From NCBI GenBank assembly GCA_963707295.1, contig CAVPPL010000012.1, positions 488,066-552,065 on the forward strand: 64,000 nt of DNA, in the 5' to 3' direction. This stretch comes from an uncultured Planctomycetia bacterium. Lineage in GTDB: Bacteria > Planctomycetota > Planctomycetia > Pirellulales > Thermoguttaceae. The notes below the pieces were generated by a model that saw only the letters and a list, made by a program, of their open reading frames with translations, did no database searches and was not told the origin of the DNA. Positions 31,670 to 42,331 of the stretch are shown piece after piece (positions within the stretch are counted from its first letter, which is position 1; every line of letters begins with the position of its first letter). Both the position numbers and the translations under genes were made by a program.

Positions 31670-32647
31670 CGCGGCGCGTAATGCAGGCCCCTACAATAGG
31701 CGCGCTTCGTGAGCTTATTTGCTTCGATCTTTGGTTGAATACACTTGGCTGGTGGAAAAAAGGCAACATCACTGATTAATTGCCGACATTAGAGTCGCGG
31801 TAGGGACGCCAGTTGCCCGGCGTCCCTCGCACAGATCCGTAGGTGAAGCACGATTTCATACCGCTCTTACCTCGGGTTGGTGACGATCAGTCGCTCTCGC
31901 TGCTGCACAGGTCCAGGCCGCGGGGTCACCTATAGCCGCCCGCAAGTCAAGACCCGGACTGGGGATTCTTGGCGTGCCGTAGCGCGCCGGCCGCATGATA
32001 CCAATGCTTGGTGAAGCGCGGTCGGCTCTGCGCGCGACGCAAGCGAGGCGAGGAATAGCCAAGCCACGGGTGCGCCAAGCATGCATCGGGCCTTCGGGAG
32101 GGCATCGCCGAGCGTCCGACGGCAGCCTCAGGCGTCGCTACGCGACGCACCCGTGCATCGGGGCATCCGTGCCGCGGGATAAATCCCACGGTTACCCTCG
32201 CAATGTCGCTACGCGACAGATTCTTTCCCACCGTCGCGCCGCGACGTTACGACGGCGAGCAGGACCTTACCTTAATTCTCAATTCTGCGTGCCAGTCCGT
32301 ATCGCCCAGCGGCCGCTTGCAACGACCTCCGTTGCGGAAACGCGAAAGGGCACGCGTTTACTAGACCGATCAACTGGACGGTGGGTTAATCCTCGCTCGC
32401 CCGTCCCGCGCTCCCCCTTACCCGCCGCTGGCAAAAGGCTAAACTGAGATGGGGAGGCAAGCCGCATGGCGAAAGGCCCTTTGCCCGACTGCATTTGTCT
32501 CACTGGATTTGTCCTAGTGGGGCCGATTTGTTACAATCGACGGTTTGATCCCGCTCACAAGGCCCCCACATACGCGGGGTTGCAGGGGTAGAGCTGCCAG
32601 ATTGCGGTAGCCACGCCCGTTGGCGATGATTCGAAGGAGTTTACTCT

Positions 32648-33049
32648 GTGCAGATCAAGATTTCCGCGCGGCATGGGCATCTCAGCGACGAGACACAGGC
32701 CAAGATCAAAGAGAAACTGGAGAAACTGCCGCGCTATTACGACCGATTGTCGTCGATCGATGCCACGGTGGACCTCGAACACCGCGAAGCGCCGAACGTC
32801 GATCTTCGCGTATCCGCCGAACATAAGCACGACTTTGTCGCCGTCTGCCATTCCACGGAATTGATGGCTGCGGTGGACGAGGTCGTGGAAAAGATGGAAC
32901 AGCAGTTGCGCAAGTACAAAACCAAAATTCAAGACCGCCACCGTGGCCCGGGACATCGCCAGGCGGGCGAGGCCCTGCCCTCGGCCAGAGTAGAGGACGA
33001 GGGGCCGGAGGGCGAGGAAGCCCCTGCGGACACGGAGAGCGGCATATAA
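32648..33049 (+). CDS. hpf: ribosome hibernation promoting factor (HPF/RaiA family)
   Basis: The GTG start follows GAAGGAG. MQIKISARHGHLSDETQAKIKEKLEKLPRYYDRLSSIDATVDLEH is typical of sigma-54 modulation protein/HPF. Confidence 0.85.
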   Translation: MQIKISARHGHLSDETQAKIKEKLEKLPRYYDRLSSIDATVDLEHREAPNVDLRVSAEHKHDFVAVCHSTELMAAVDEVVEKMEQQLRKYKTKIQDRHRGPGHRQAGEALPSARVEDEGPEGEEAPADTESGI

Positions 33050-33092
33050 CAGATAGCGCCTACGCGATAGGCAACCGAAGGGAGATTGGTGC

Positions 33093-33569
33093 ATGAAGTT
33101 TTCCGACTTTATCTGCCGCGAGGCGATTCGCGGCAGCATGTCGGCGGCCGACAAGCAGGGGGCCATCCGCGAGATGGTCCAATCGCTGGTCGACGCCAAA
33201 CGAGTCAGTGCGGACGAGTTCGAGAGCATCGTAAAGGCCATATTGAAGCGCGAAGAGTTGGGCAGCACGGGCATCGGCCGCGGCGTTGCCGTGCCGCACA
33301 CCAAGCACCCCAGCGTCGATCGCCTGGTCGGCACGGTTGCCGTCAGCGCTTCGGGGGTCGATTTTGCCAGCCTCGACGGCGAACAAGTCCACCTGTTTTT
33401 TCTGTTGATTTCGCCGCCGGACCGGCCGGGCGATCATCTTCGCGCCTTGGAGAACATTTCGCGGCAGCTCCGCGACGACACGTTTTGCCGCTTTCTCAAG
33501 GCGGCCAAAGCGCCGCAAGAGATTTCCACGCTCCTGGACGAGGCGGATAACCATCAATTTGGATCGTAA
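33093..33569 (+). CDS. ptsN: PTS IIA-Ntr type protein (PtsN)
   Basis: [21 protein letters not shown] contains the phosphorylatable His context. [26 protein letters not shown] is typical of PTS EIIA type 2. Confidence 0.85.
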   Translation: MKFSDFICREAIRGSMSAADKQGAIREMVQSLVDAKRVSADEFESIVKAILKREELGSTGIGRGVAVPHTKHPSVDRLVGTVAVSASGVDFASLDGEQVHLFFLLISPPDRPGDHLRALENISRQLRDDTFCRFLKAAKAPQEISTLLDEADNHQFGS

Positions 33570-33915
33570 GGCACGCGGCGGCGGAAGTTGCGTGCCGACT
33601 GCCGCGCTTTTCCACCCGCTCGCTGTGCCGAGCGCCTATGCCCGAGCCGCTCTGAAGCGAACCGTTGTCGTTGCCAACCGCGCGGGGCTGCACGCGCGGG
33701 CGGCGGTATTGGTCGTCACCGAGGCGCGGAAGTTCAAGGCGCGGGTTACGCTCACCAAGGGGACGCAAGCAGTCGACGCGACCAACGTGCTGGAGATGAT
33801 GACGCTGGGGGCGGCGCAAGGAGAGGAGTTGTCGCTGGAAGGTTCGGGGGACGACGCACAACAGGCGATCGATGCCGTGGAGCAGCTTTTCCTGCGGAAG
33901 TTCGACGAAGAATAA
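33559..33915 (+). CDS. ptsH: HPr family phosphocarrier protein (start uncertain)
   Basis: [24 protein letters not shown]...[40 protein letters not shown] is the HPr signature around the active His. The true start may be an internal GTG near 33625. Confidence 0.8.
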   Translation: MDRKARGGGSCVPTAALFHPLAVPSAYARAALKRTVVVANRAGLHARAAVLVVTEARKFKARVTLTKGTQAVDATNVLEMMTLGAAQGEELSLEGSGDDAQQAIDAVEQLFLRKFDEE

Positions 33916-33998
33916 TACAAAGCAGGACGGGCCTCCGGGTCCGTCCCATAACGCCGGGACGGACTCGGAGGTCCATCCTACGGAAGACATAAGACGGA

Positions 33999-35765
33999 AT
34001 GCAGAAGCTACAAGGAATCGCCGTTTCGCCTGGCGTCGCCATCGGCGAGGCGCTGGTCATGGACAACGAGGGATTTCGCATTCCTCGGCGGTTCGTGGCG
34101 CGCGACGCGGTGGACGACGAGTTGGAGCGGCTGGAAAAGGCCATCGGCGGCCGCGTCGACGGAAATCTCCGGCCACCGCGAGGCCGATTGCCGAGGAGCT
34201 GGGCGAGAAGTACGCCGCCATCTTCGAGGCCCATCTGCAAATGCTCCAGCGACGCTCGGCTGCGGAGCGAGCTGGAAGACATGATCCGCCAGCGGCATTA
34301 CTCGCCCGAGTATGCCGTGAGCCGCATCCTGCGGCGCTACGCCCAGGTCTTCCAGCGGTTGGAAAGCGCGCACCTGGCGGAGCGGGCCAGCGGACATCTT
34401 CGATATCGAGAAGCGGCTGCTGCAGGCACCTGCTGGGCCGCCGCCGCGAAGGGATCGCGCACCTCACGTCGCCGGTGCTCGTGTTGGCCCACAACCTCAC
34501 GCCCAGCGAGACGGCCAATCTCGACCGCAGCTTCGTCCGCGGCTTCGTCACCGAAGTGGGCGGGCCGGGCAGCCATACCGCGATCGTGGCCGAGGCCCTG
34601 GAAATCCCCGCCGTCGTCGGCACCGGCCCGTTCCTGACCGACGTTTCCGGCGGCGAATTGGTGATCATCGACGGCGACAAGGGCCTGGTGATCCTCCAGC
34701 CCGACGAGGAGACGCTGGCCCGCTATCGGCACGAGGTCGAGACAGAACCGCACGGCCGCCGTCCGCCTGGAAGCCCTCCGCGACCTGCCGGCCGAAACGG
34801 CCGACGGCGTGCGCGATCAGCCTCTACGGGCAACATCGAGTTTCCCTACGAGGTCGCGCACTGCGTCGACCGCGGGGCCGACGGCATCGGCCTGTACCGC
34901 ACCGAGTTCCTGTATCTGGGCAGCGAGACCGAGCCCGACCGAGGAGGTCCACTACCAGGCCTATGCGCAGGTCGTCGCGGCGATGGGCAACCGGCCGGTC
35001 ACGATGCGCACGTTCGACCTGGGCGCCGACAAGTTGCCGCACTTGCCGCCGCCCGAGGACGAGCGCAACCCCTGCCTGGGCCTGCGCAGCATCCGCCTGG
35101 CGCTGCGGAACCTGCCGATGTTCCGCACGCAGTTGCGGGCCATGCTTGCGCGCCAGCGTGCTGGGCAACCTGCAGGTCATGTTCCCGCTTGATCTCCACG
35201 TTGCTGGAGCTCGCCAGGCCAAGATGGTGCTGGCCGACGTCATGGAAGATCTCGACGAGCACGGCATCGCCTTCAATCGCGACATGCCGGTGGGCATGAT
35301 GGTCGAGGTGCCCGCGGCGGTGATGATGATCGACCGTTTCGTCGAGGAGGTCGATTTCCTCAGCATCGGCACCAACGACTTGATCCAATACACCCTGGCG
35401 GTCGACCGCAGCAACAAGGACGTCGTCGGCCTGTACAACCCGGCCGATCCGGCCGTGCTGCGGCTGATCGCCATGGCGATCGAGGCCGCCGACAAGAAGC
35501 CGATGCCGATCAACGATGTGCGGGCAGATGAGCGGCAACCCCGTCTATCACCATGCTGCTGCTGGGGATGGGGCTGCGGCACTTCAGCGTCACGCCCGGC
35601 GCGCTGCCGGAGATCAAGAACATTTGCCGTCGCGTGACCATGGCCGAATGCCGGGCGGTCGTGGACCGCGTGACGACCATGGAAAATGCCCGAGACATCA
35701 CGAATTACCTGCGCGAGGAACTGAAGAAGTCGCATCCCAGGGTTGGGAGGCGAAGGATAAACTAA
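33999..35765 (+). CDS. ptsI: phosphoenolpyruvate-protein phosphotransferase (PTS enzyme I), 10 or more frameshifts as written
   Basis: The sequence can be followed across all three frames: [105 protein letters not shown]. It ends at 35765. Confidence 0.85.
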
Positions 35766-35886
35766 CAAAGCCGCGTTTTCGCGCCGAGCGCGGGAACGCA
35801 TTTAAGGCCGTTCCGCGGCCACGTTACGCGGCGCAGAGCGTCCGAGCGAGAACGTTACGGCGCGGATCGTCGCCACGAGAGGAAAC

Positions 35887-37540
35887 ATGAAACAAGAAAT
35901 GCTGATCAACGTCGCGCAGCCGGAGGAATGCCGGATCGCGATCGTTGAAGACGGAGTCCTGGAAGAACTCTACATCGAGCGCACCGGCCAGGACAATTAC
36001 GTCGGAAACATCTACAAGGGAGTAGTCGTCAACCTGGAGCCGAGCATCCAGGCGGCGTTCGTCGATTTCGGCGTCGGCCGCAACGGCTTCCTGCACATCA
36101 GCGACATCGAGCCGCAGTACTTCCGCCAGGGCGGCTACGATCCCGACAAGCCGCTCGGGCCTCCCGGCGACCGCCGCGCGACCGCGCGGCCGGCAGCCGA
36201 CGACGAGTGCGACGAGCCCGACGATACCGACTTCGACGACGAGCCGCCCGCGCGGTCCGCAGCGGCAACTCGCGCACCGGCGGCCGGCCGCGCTTCAAGC
36301 CGCCGATCCAGGAGATCCTCCGCCGCGGCGACGAGGTGCTGGTGCAGGTCATCAAGGAAGGCATCGGCACCAAGGGGCCGACGCTCTCCACCTACATCAG
36401 CATCCCCGGCCGCTACCTGGTGCTCATGCCGGCCTTGGGCCGCGTCGGCGTCTCGCGCAAGATCGAGGACGAAGACGTCCGCCGCAAGCTGCGCGACATC
36501 ATGCTCGAACTCAATCCGCCCAAGGGCCTGGGCTTCATCGTCCGCACCGCCGGCAGCCGACCGCACCAAGCGCGAACTTTCCCGCGACCTGGCCTATCTG
36601 CTGCGGCTGTGGAAGGTGATCGTGCGGCGGATCAAGAAGCTGCCCGCCCCGGTGGACATCTACGAAGAAAGCGACATGATCATCCGCACCATCCGCGACA
36701 TCTTCACCGCGGACGTGGACGCGATCTACATCGACGAGCCGTCGGCCTACGAGCGGGCCAAGGAGTTCCTGCAACTCGTGATGCCGCGCTACGTCAACCG
36801 CCTGCAGCTTTACGAAGGCAAGGAGCCGCTGTTCCACAAGTACCGCCTGGACGAGGAGATCGCCAAAATCCACGCGCCGCAAGGTGCCGCTGAAGGCGGG
36901 CGGCTCGATCGTCATCGACCAGACCGAGGCCCTGGTGGCCATCGACGTCAACAGCGGCAACTTCCGCGCCGAAGACGATCGCCGAGGAGACGGCCTACCA
37001 GATGAACCTGCTGCGCGGCCAAGGAGATCGCCCGGCAACTGCGGCTCCGCGACCTGGGCGGCGTGATCGTCAACGACTTCATCGACATGCGCAAGGAGCG
37101 GCACCGCCGCGGCGTGGAGCGGGCGCTGCGCGACGCGGTGAAGCCGCGACCGGGCGCGGACCAAGATCCTCCGCACCAGCCCGTTCGGCCTGATCGAGAT
37201 GACGCGGCAGCGGATCCGCCCCAGCCTGAAGCGGAGCGTCTACAAGGACTGCCCCGGCTGCCGCGGCACGGGCGTGGTGAAGACGGCCGAGAGCATGGCC
37301 ATCGACGTCGTGCGGACTGTTGATCGTGATCGCGCCAGAAGCCATCGATCGTCCGGGTCACGGTGACCGTGGCCGCCGGCGGTGGCCGACTACCTCAACA
37401 ACCGCAAACGGCACGAACTGGCCCGGCTGGAGGACGAAGGCGGCATGAACGTGCAGGTTGTAAGCGACGAACACGCCGGCCCGGAGCATCTCGTTTTTCA
37501 ATACTGGGACGCCGACGACCGGGAAGTGAAATCACTCTAA
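35887..37540 (+). CDS. Rne/Rng family ribonuclease, 6 or more frameshifts as written
   Basis: [28 protein letters not shown]...[23 protein letters not shown] is an S1 domain. Other motifs: [89 protein letters not shown]. The stop is at 37538-37540. Confidence 0.85.
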
Positions 37541-37555
37541 GCGAAGGAGCCTCCG

Positions 37556-38220
37556 ATGCAGACGCCATCTCGATGCCAACTTGGATTTGCAATAGTTGCG
37601 CTGGCCGCGATTTCCACATCCGGCTGCGGACCGGCGGTCGTCCGCCCGCCGGAAATTCCTTCCGGCGCGGGGGACCGCGCGATTGCCAAGTTCGACACCA
37701 ATAAGGACGGCGCGCTGGATTATCAGGAATTGGCCAAGGCGCCTGGACTGGCGCGGCGGTGGCAACCATCAAAAAGCTCTACCAGCCGCGCCGTCCGACG
37801 CCGCCGGAAAGCGAAGTGCAGAGCGCGAAAATCACCGCCGAGGAAATCGACGCGCGGATCAATGAATGGAAGAAACGCGGCACTGGCCGCATCAGCGTGC
37901 TTTGCTGCGTAAAACGCAAAGGAAGCTCAGAACCCGTCGCCGGCGCCGAAGTGAAGTTCGTGCCGGAAGACTTTTTGGGAAAGGAATTGCCGATCGGCAC
38001 CGGCACGACCGACGCCAAAGGCTTCGCGAAGATCTCGCAGCCCAGCCGCAGAAAAGGCGATCCGACGATCGGCATGTGTCCTGGCTTCTATCGGGTGGAA
38101 ATCACGAAGGGCAATGAGATCCCGGCCAGGTACAACACGGCCACCGAACTCGGGCAGGAAGTGGCCGTGGACGCCCTCGGCATCTCGAACGGCGGAGTGG
38201 TTTTCGAATTGAGCTATTGA
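37556..38220 (+). CDS. lipoprotein with an EF-hand-like motif and a carboxypeptidase-regulatory-like domain, one frameshift
   Basis: LAAISTSGC is a lipobox and DTNKDGALDYQEL an EF-hand loop. It continues in ORF 37759..38220 (AEVKFVPEDFLG...GFYRVEITKGNEIPARYN). The frame change is near 37750. Confidence 0.55.
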
Positions 38221-38230
38221 GCGGCGTGAA

Positions 38231-39247
38231 TCAGTCGCCGCTGATGTCTCCCGGATGCCGCGAATTGCGATCGCCCCAAGCGTTGTAGATGGTTGGATCG
38301 ACATCGTACCGAACGATGTGGACCGCCCCGTCACCGTAGCATATATGGGCACCCGCCGTGTGGGCGCTGCCGAAATTGCCGTAGCTGAGGACGCCCGGCA
38401 CGTCTTGCAGAGGTGGGTTCACCGTTGTGCGGTAGATATCGTTGTCTTGGCCGACATAGATCGACTCGTTGTCCCCGGGGTCCGATCCGTCGGTGTAGTG
38501 TTGCGGGTCGGCCGATTTCTCGCCGATCATGATGATGTGCGCCAGCCCCCGCGTAACCATTTGCGGGGTCACAAGCGAACGCTGAAAACTGATGCCGGAC
38601 TGGTAATCGCCGGACTTGGGGTTGCTCACATCCTGCCATGCAAAGGATCTCGCGGCTTGGTAGTTAGGAAGGCCGCCCTGCCATGTACTGCCGGGACCGC
38701 CGTTGAACTCGGGATTCCCGATTGAGCTGTTGCAGGCGGCGTAATCGCCGCGCGAGGCCACGTTGTCAGTCGAAAGGTTATCTTGTGCATTGTAGGCGAT
38801 GTCGGGCGCGTTTGGACGGCTTATCGTAAAGTTTCGCCGCGCAGTCGCGAGGGACAATTAAACGTGGGAACGGGCGTATGCACCCGCTGCATCGCGCCAG
38901 CATCTGCGCCGTGCTTCCCGGCCCTCCGCCCGAGCCCATTTCGTGCAAGCTGTTGAACTCAATGAAGGGCAAGATGTTGTAATACCAGCCGCCGGGCTGC
39001 GCATCTTTGAATCCGCAATTCGGATCTCCCACCCAGTTCCAACCCCAGCCGCCGGTCGGGAAAATGCCCTGCGTGCTGAGGTGGTTCTGGCAGCCCAGGC
39101 CCATCTGCTTCAAGTTGTTTTTGCAGCTCAACCGCCTGCCGGCCTCACGCCGCAGGAATTGATGGCGGGCAGCAACAGCCCTATTAAAATGCCGATGATC
39201 GCAATCACGACGAGAAGTTCAACAAGAGTAAACGCGCCCCGCTTCAT
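38231..39247 (-). CDS. DUF1559 protein with a prepilin-type N-terminal cleavage/methylation domain, two compensating frameshifts
   Basis: ATG at 39247 follows [34 protein letters not shown] is a type IV pilin-like leader. [16 protein letters not shown] is the DUF1559 motif (ORF 38778..39131). The C-terminal part lies in ORF 38231..38857, which is in the same frame as the ATG. Confidence 0.8.
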
Positions 39248-39607
39248 GGCCGCACCTCCAAGGAGTTCACCAGGTTTGCCCCTCCGCCCCACCTCAGAGC
39301 GAATCAAGGCCGATCAAATGAAAAGAATTTGGGCGCTAACCGCCCGAACAACAACACATACTATTGCAATCGAACGGAAAGTGCAAGCACGGCCCTCGCC
39401 GCCGCACGAATCGCCCTCCAACCCTCAATTGTGCCGATGGCAGCAAAGCTGTCAAGTGAATTTCACGTCAAGTTTTGAAGTTTTTAGGTCAAATTGAGGC
39501 TCATGCTCCGGCCTTGCGGAAGTATGCCAAAGGCGGGACATACCGAATTATACAGGCGAACTGATTTACGACATAGACGTATGTGAAAAACACCTTTAAT
39601 TTTCGCA

Positions 39608-39635
39608 TTGACATATTCCTTATCACGCGTAGATT
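39608..39635 (+). promoter_or_regulatory. possible sigma-70-type promoter for the BON-rnhA genes
   Basis: TTGACA (39608-39613), a 16-nt spacer, then TAGATT (39630-39635). It lies ~100 nt upstream of the ATG at 39736 in an AT-richer intergenic region. Confidence 0.3.
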
Positions 39636-39735
39636 TAAGGTTGCCGGACAATCCGGGCTGCGCGGCTCGGGAGCGGGATCGGATCTCGCATGCGCAACAA
39701 AGCGCGTGCCGCCAAAGCATGGAAGGGAGGATCGC

Positions 39736-40011
39736 ATGAACGATCTACAGGACGGGCAAGGCGTGTCGCTGGAGCTTTTGGCCGTCGTTCCCCAGACGTT
39801 GGCCCAGGCCGAAGCGCTCTCTGCGTCGATCGAAAAGGCCGTTCAGCAGCAAACCGGCGGCGGTATCGCCCATCTGGCCGTCGTGGTTGATGACGGGTGC
39901 GTCTTTCTCCACGGTTCCTGCTCCAGCTATTATCACAAACAGCTTGCCCAGCACGCGGCGATGACAGTGCCAAACGGGCTAACTCTGACGAACTGCATCG
40001 AAGTCGATTGA
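39736..40011 (+). CDS. BON domain protein
   Basis: ATG follows GGAAGGGAGG. HLAVVVDDGCVFLHGSCSSYYHKQLAQHAAMTVPNGLTLTNCIEV fits the BON pattern. Confidence 0.65.
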   Translation: MNDLQDGQGVSLELLAVVPQTLAQAEALSASIEKAVQQQTGGGIAHLAVVVDDGCVFLHGSCSSYYHKQLAQHAAMTVPNGLTLTNCIEVD

Positions 40012-40024
40012 ACCCCAGAGCTAG

Positions 40025-40498
40025 ATGAGTGACGGGCAGATTAAAGACGGCGAAGTCCAGCTCTTCACCGACGGCGCATGTAGCGGCAACCCCGGTCCGG
40101 GCGGCTGGGCGTTCATTCTTCGCCATCCTGCCACAGGCAAGGAACTCGAGTCTTCCGGCAGCGAACCCGACACGACCAATAACCGCATGGAATTGACCGC
40201 CGTGATCCGCGGCCTGGAAATGCTGAAGCGGCCCACCCACGTGGAAGTCGTCAGCGACAGCATCTACGTGCTCAAGGGCCTCGCCGAATGGATGCCCAAG
40301 TGGAAGCTCAACGGCTGGAAGCGTCGCGAAGGCGGCAAGCTCAAAGAAATCAAGAACGAAGATCTCTGGCGGGAACTGGACGCCTTGGCGGGTCAGCACA
40401 CGATCAAGTTCACGCACATTCGCGGCCACCAGGGCCACGCCGAAAACGAGCGCTGCGACACGTTGGCTGTGGCCGCGTATCAGAAGTATCGGCGGTAG
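40025..40498 (+). CDS. rnhA: ribonuclease HI
   Basis: VQLFTDGACSGNPGPGGWAFIL, TTNNRMELTAVIRGLE, VVSDSIYV, NEDLWREL and HIRGHQGHAENERCDTLA are canonical RNase H1 motifs including the DEDD residues. Confidence 0.9.
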   Translation: MSDGQIKDGEVQLFTDGACSGNPGPGGWAFILRHPATGKELESSGSEPDTTNNRMELTAVIRGLEMLKRPTHVEVVSDSIYVLKGLAEWMPKWKLNGWKRREGGKLKEIKNEDLWRELDALAGQHTIKFTHIRGHQGHAENERCDTLAVAAYQKYRR

Positions 40499-40514
40499 CT
40501 ACGCGACAAGTGCG

Positions 40515-41909
40515 TCATGCCTTCACCGCCGGATGCGCAAGTGTTTGGCTCTCAAGTCCCACCTTGGCAAGGATGATATAGAGCACAAAGCCGACGACGT
40601 ACGCGGCCACTGGCGGACAGGGCATCTGGAAGCTGGAAACGTGGAGCAGATCGACGAATAGACCATTCCACGCTCCAACGACGAACCCGACTGCCCACGA
40701 AATCCATCCGGCGGGGTTGAATCCTGCACGTGGTCCGGGCCATTTGCGGCCGGCCAAGAGAAAATCGGCCGTCATGGCGCCGCAAATCGGCCCGAACAAC
40801 GCGCCGATGATGCCGAAGACCGCGGCCGCGTTGCCGGCTTTCCCGGAGAGCACAAGCGCGACTGATGCCGCGGTCCCGATGCCGCAGGAAATGAACGGAT
40901 TCACCTTGGGCAACGTGTTCTTGAAGCTCGCGGCCGCGATCAGTGAACTAAAACAGGCGGGTGGAAAAGCGGCGATGGCGAGCAAGAGCCAGAAGATTTT
41001 CGCAGTGCTTTCGCCCATGATCGTGCCCATCATCCCTGTAGGCTTCAGTTCGATTGGCTGGCCTTTCATCATTCCCAGACCATACGCTCCAGCGACGATA
41101 AGCAGCGCCAGGCAGCCCGTGAAGATCGTTGCGCCCGCGACGCCAACGAGGCCGCCAAGCTGGACGTCTTTCGTATCACGGTTGCTCGAAGCAATATCAA
41201 CTCCTGCCGCTCCCGCGGTGGCAAAGAAGCCGACGATGTTGGCAATCGCAAACAGAATCAAGTCCGTGCTTGGCGGCGTGGCCGCGGCCGGCGCGGCAGC
41301 ATCCGCGATCATATCGGGATTGAAGTTGCCGACCCCGGCCATGGTCTTCGCGGCAAGAATCAAAAGGATCACCAGCGGTATCAGCGGCAAGAACGTGGCG
41401 ACTTTGGCGACGTAGTTAATGCCCTTGAGGCCGACAAAAGCGGCCACGACGGCCCAAATCGTGCCAATCGTCAGGTGCAGCGGAGACATCGCTTTTTCGC
41501 CGAAAAACCCCGCCAGAAGCTCGGAGGAAAAATACGCGTTCACCGCCAGCCAGCCGAATTGCAGCAGACCCATCAGGAAGCCGGGCATAAGAAAACCGCC
41601 TTGCACTCCGTAGGTCAACGTGCCGACAACCGCCAGCGGCAAGCCGGTCTTCATTCCCATCAGTCCAGGCGCGAGATAGAAGAGAAAATGGCATATAAGC
41701 GCGGCCACGACTACGCCGACGATCGCGGCGCCGAGTCCATGCCCCAATATGCCCGCTGAGCCCGGAGCGCCGCTGCTGGGCACGCTCATCCAAAATACGA
41801 ACCAAAGCATGATCCCCGCGTAGGTTTGCGCCGTCGTCTTGTACCACGGCGCACGATTGGCTTGCGGAACCGGCTGTGCGGCAGCCACATAATTGGGAAG
41901 TGAGGCCAT
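40515..41909 (-). CDS. NCS1/cytosine-purine permease-like membrane transporter
   Basis: Intact polytopic ORF with about 12 hydrophobic segments. The general resemblance to CodB/CytX-type permeases is judged by eye. The ATG at 41909 (MASLPNY) is preferred to 41948. Confidence 0.6.
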   Translation of the reverse strand: MASLPNYVAAAQPVPQANRAPWYKTTAQTYAGIMLWFVFWMSVPSSGAPGSAGILGHGLGAAIVGVVVAALICHFLFYLAPGLMGMKTGLPLAVVGTLTYGVQGGFLMPGFLMGLLQFGWLAVNAYFSSELLAGFFGEKAMSPLHLTIGTIWAVVAAFVGLKGINYVAKVATFLPLIPLVILLILAAKTMAGVGNFNPDMIADAAAPAAATPPSTDLILFAIANIVGFFATAGAAGVDIASSNRDTKDVQLGGLVGVAGATIFTGCLALLIVAGAYGLGMMKGQPIELKPTGMMGTIMGESTAKIFWLLLAIAAFPPACFSSLIAAASFKNTLPKVNPFISCGIGTAASVALVLSGKAGNAAAVFGIIGALFGPICGAMTADFLLAGRKWPGPRAGFNPAGWISWAVGFVVGAWNGLFVDLLHVSSFQMPCPPVAAYVVGFVLYIILAKVGLESQTLAHPAVKA

Positions 41910-42243
41910 AAGACTTCTCTCAAATGAATAGATGCGCTTGCCGCGCAAGGATTTGCTCGGGCAAGCTGGTTCAACGTTTGGCTGTTTTCGCCCCCCAGGC
42001 CCAGGTTACAGAAATCCGCCGGAGGGACTTGCGATAATATACATCCCGGCAACAAGTTGTGAAATAGAGGCGTTTTGATAAATTGGGCGAGCGGCAGAGG
42101 AAATGTTGCCGCAAAGCGCCGCATCGCCATTATTTGTCCCAGATTTACATCATTCCTTTCTTGACCTGCGCTCCCAGCCGCGAGTACTATACCCGCCTAT
42201 TTTTGTCAGCATTGTGGCGCGTTGTGTATTTGAAGCAAGCAGT

Positions 42244-42285
42244 GGTGGGCCGGTGCTCGCTTGAAGCGAGCTTGTCCCACCCTAC
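42244..42285. repeat. REP family 3 half-copy (ggtgggccggtgctcgcttgaagcgagcttgtcccaccctac)
   Basis: It matches the right arm of the full palindrome at 52831-52938. Confidence 0.55.
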
Positions 42286-42331
42286 GCCTTGCGCTTGTCC
42301 GTCCTCGTTCGGGGGCTCGAAAGTCCATCCG

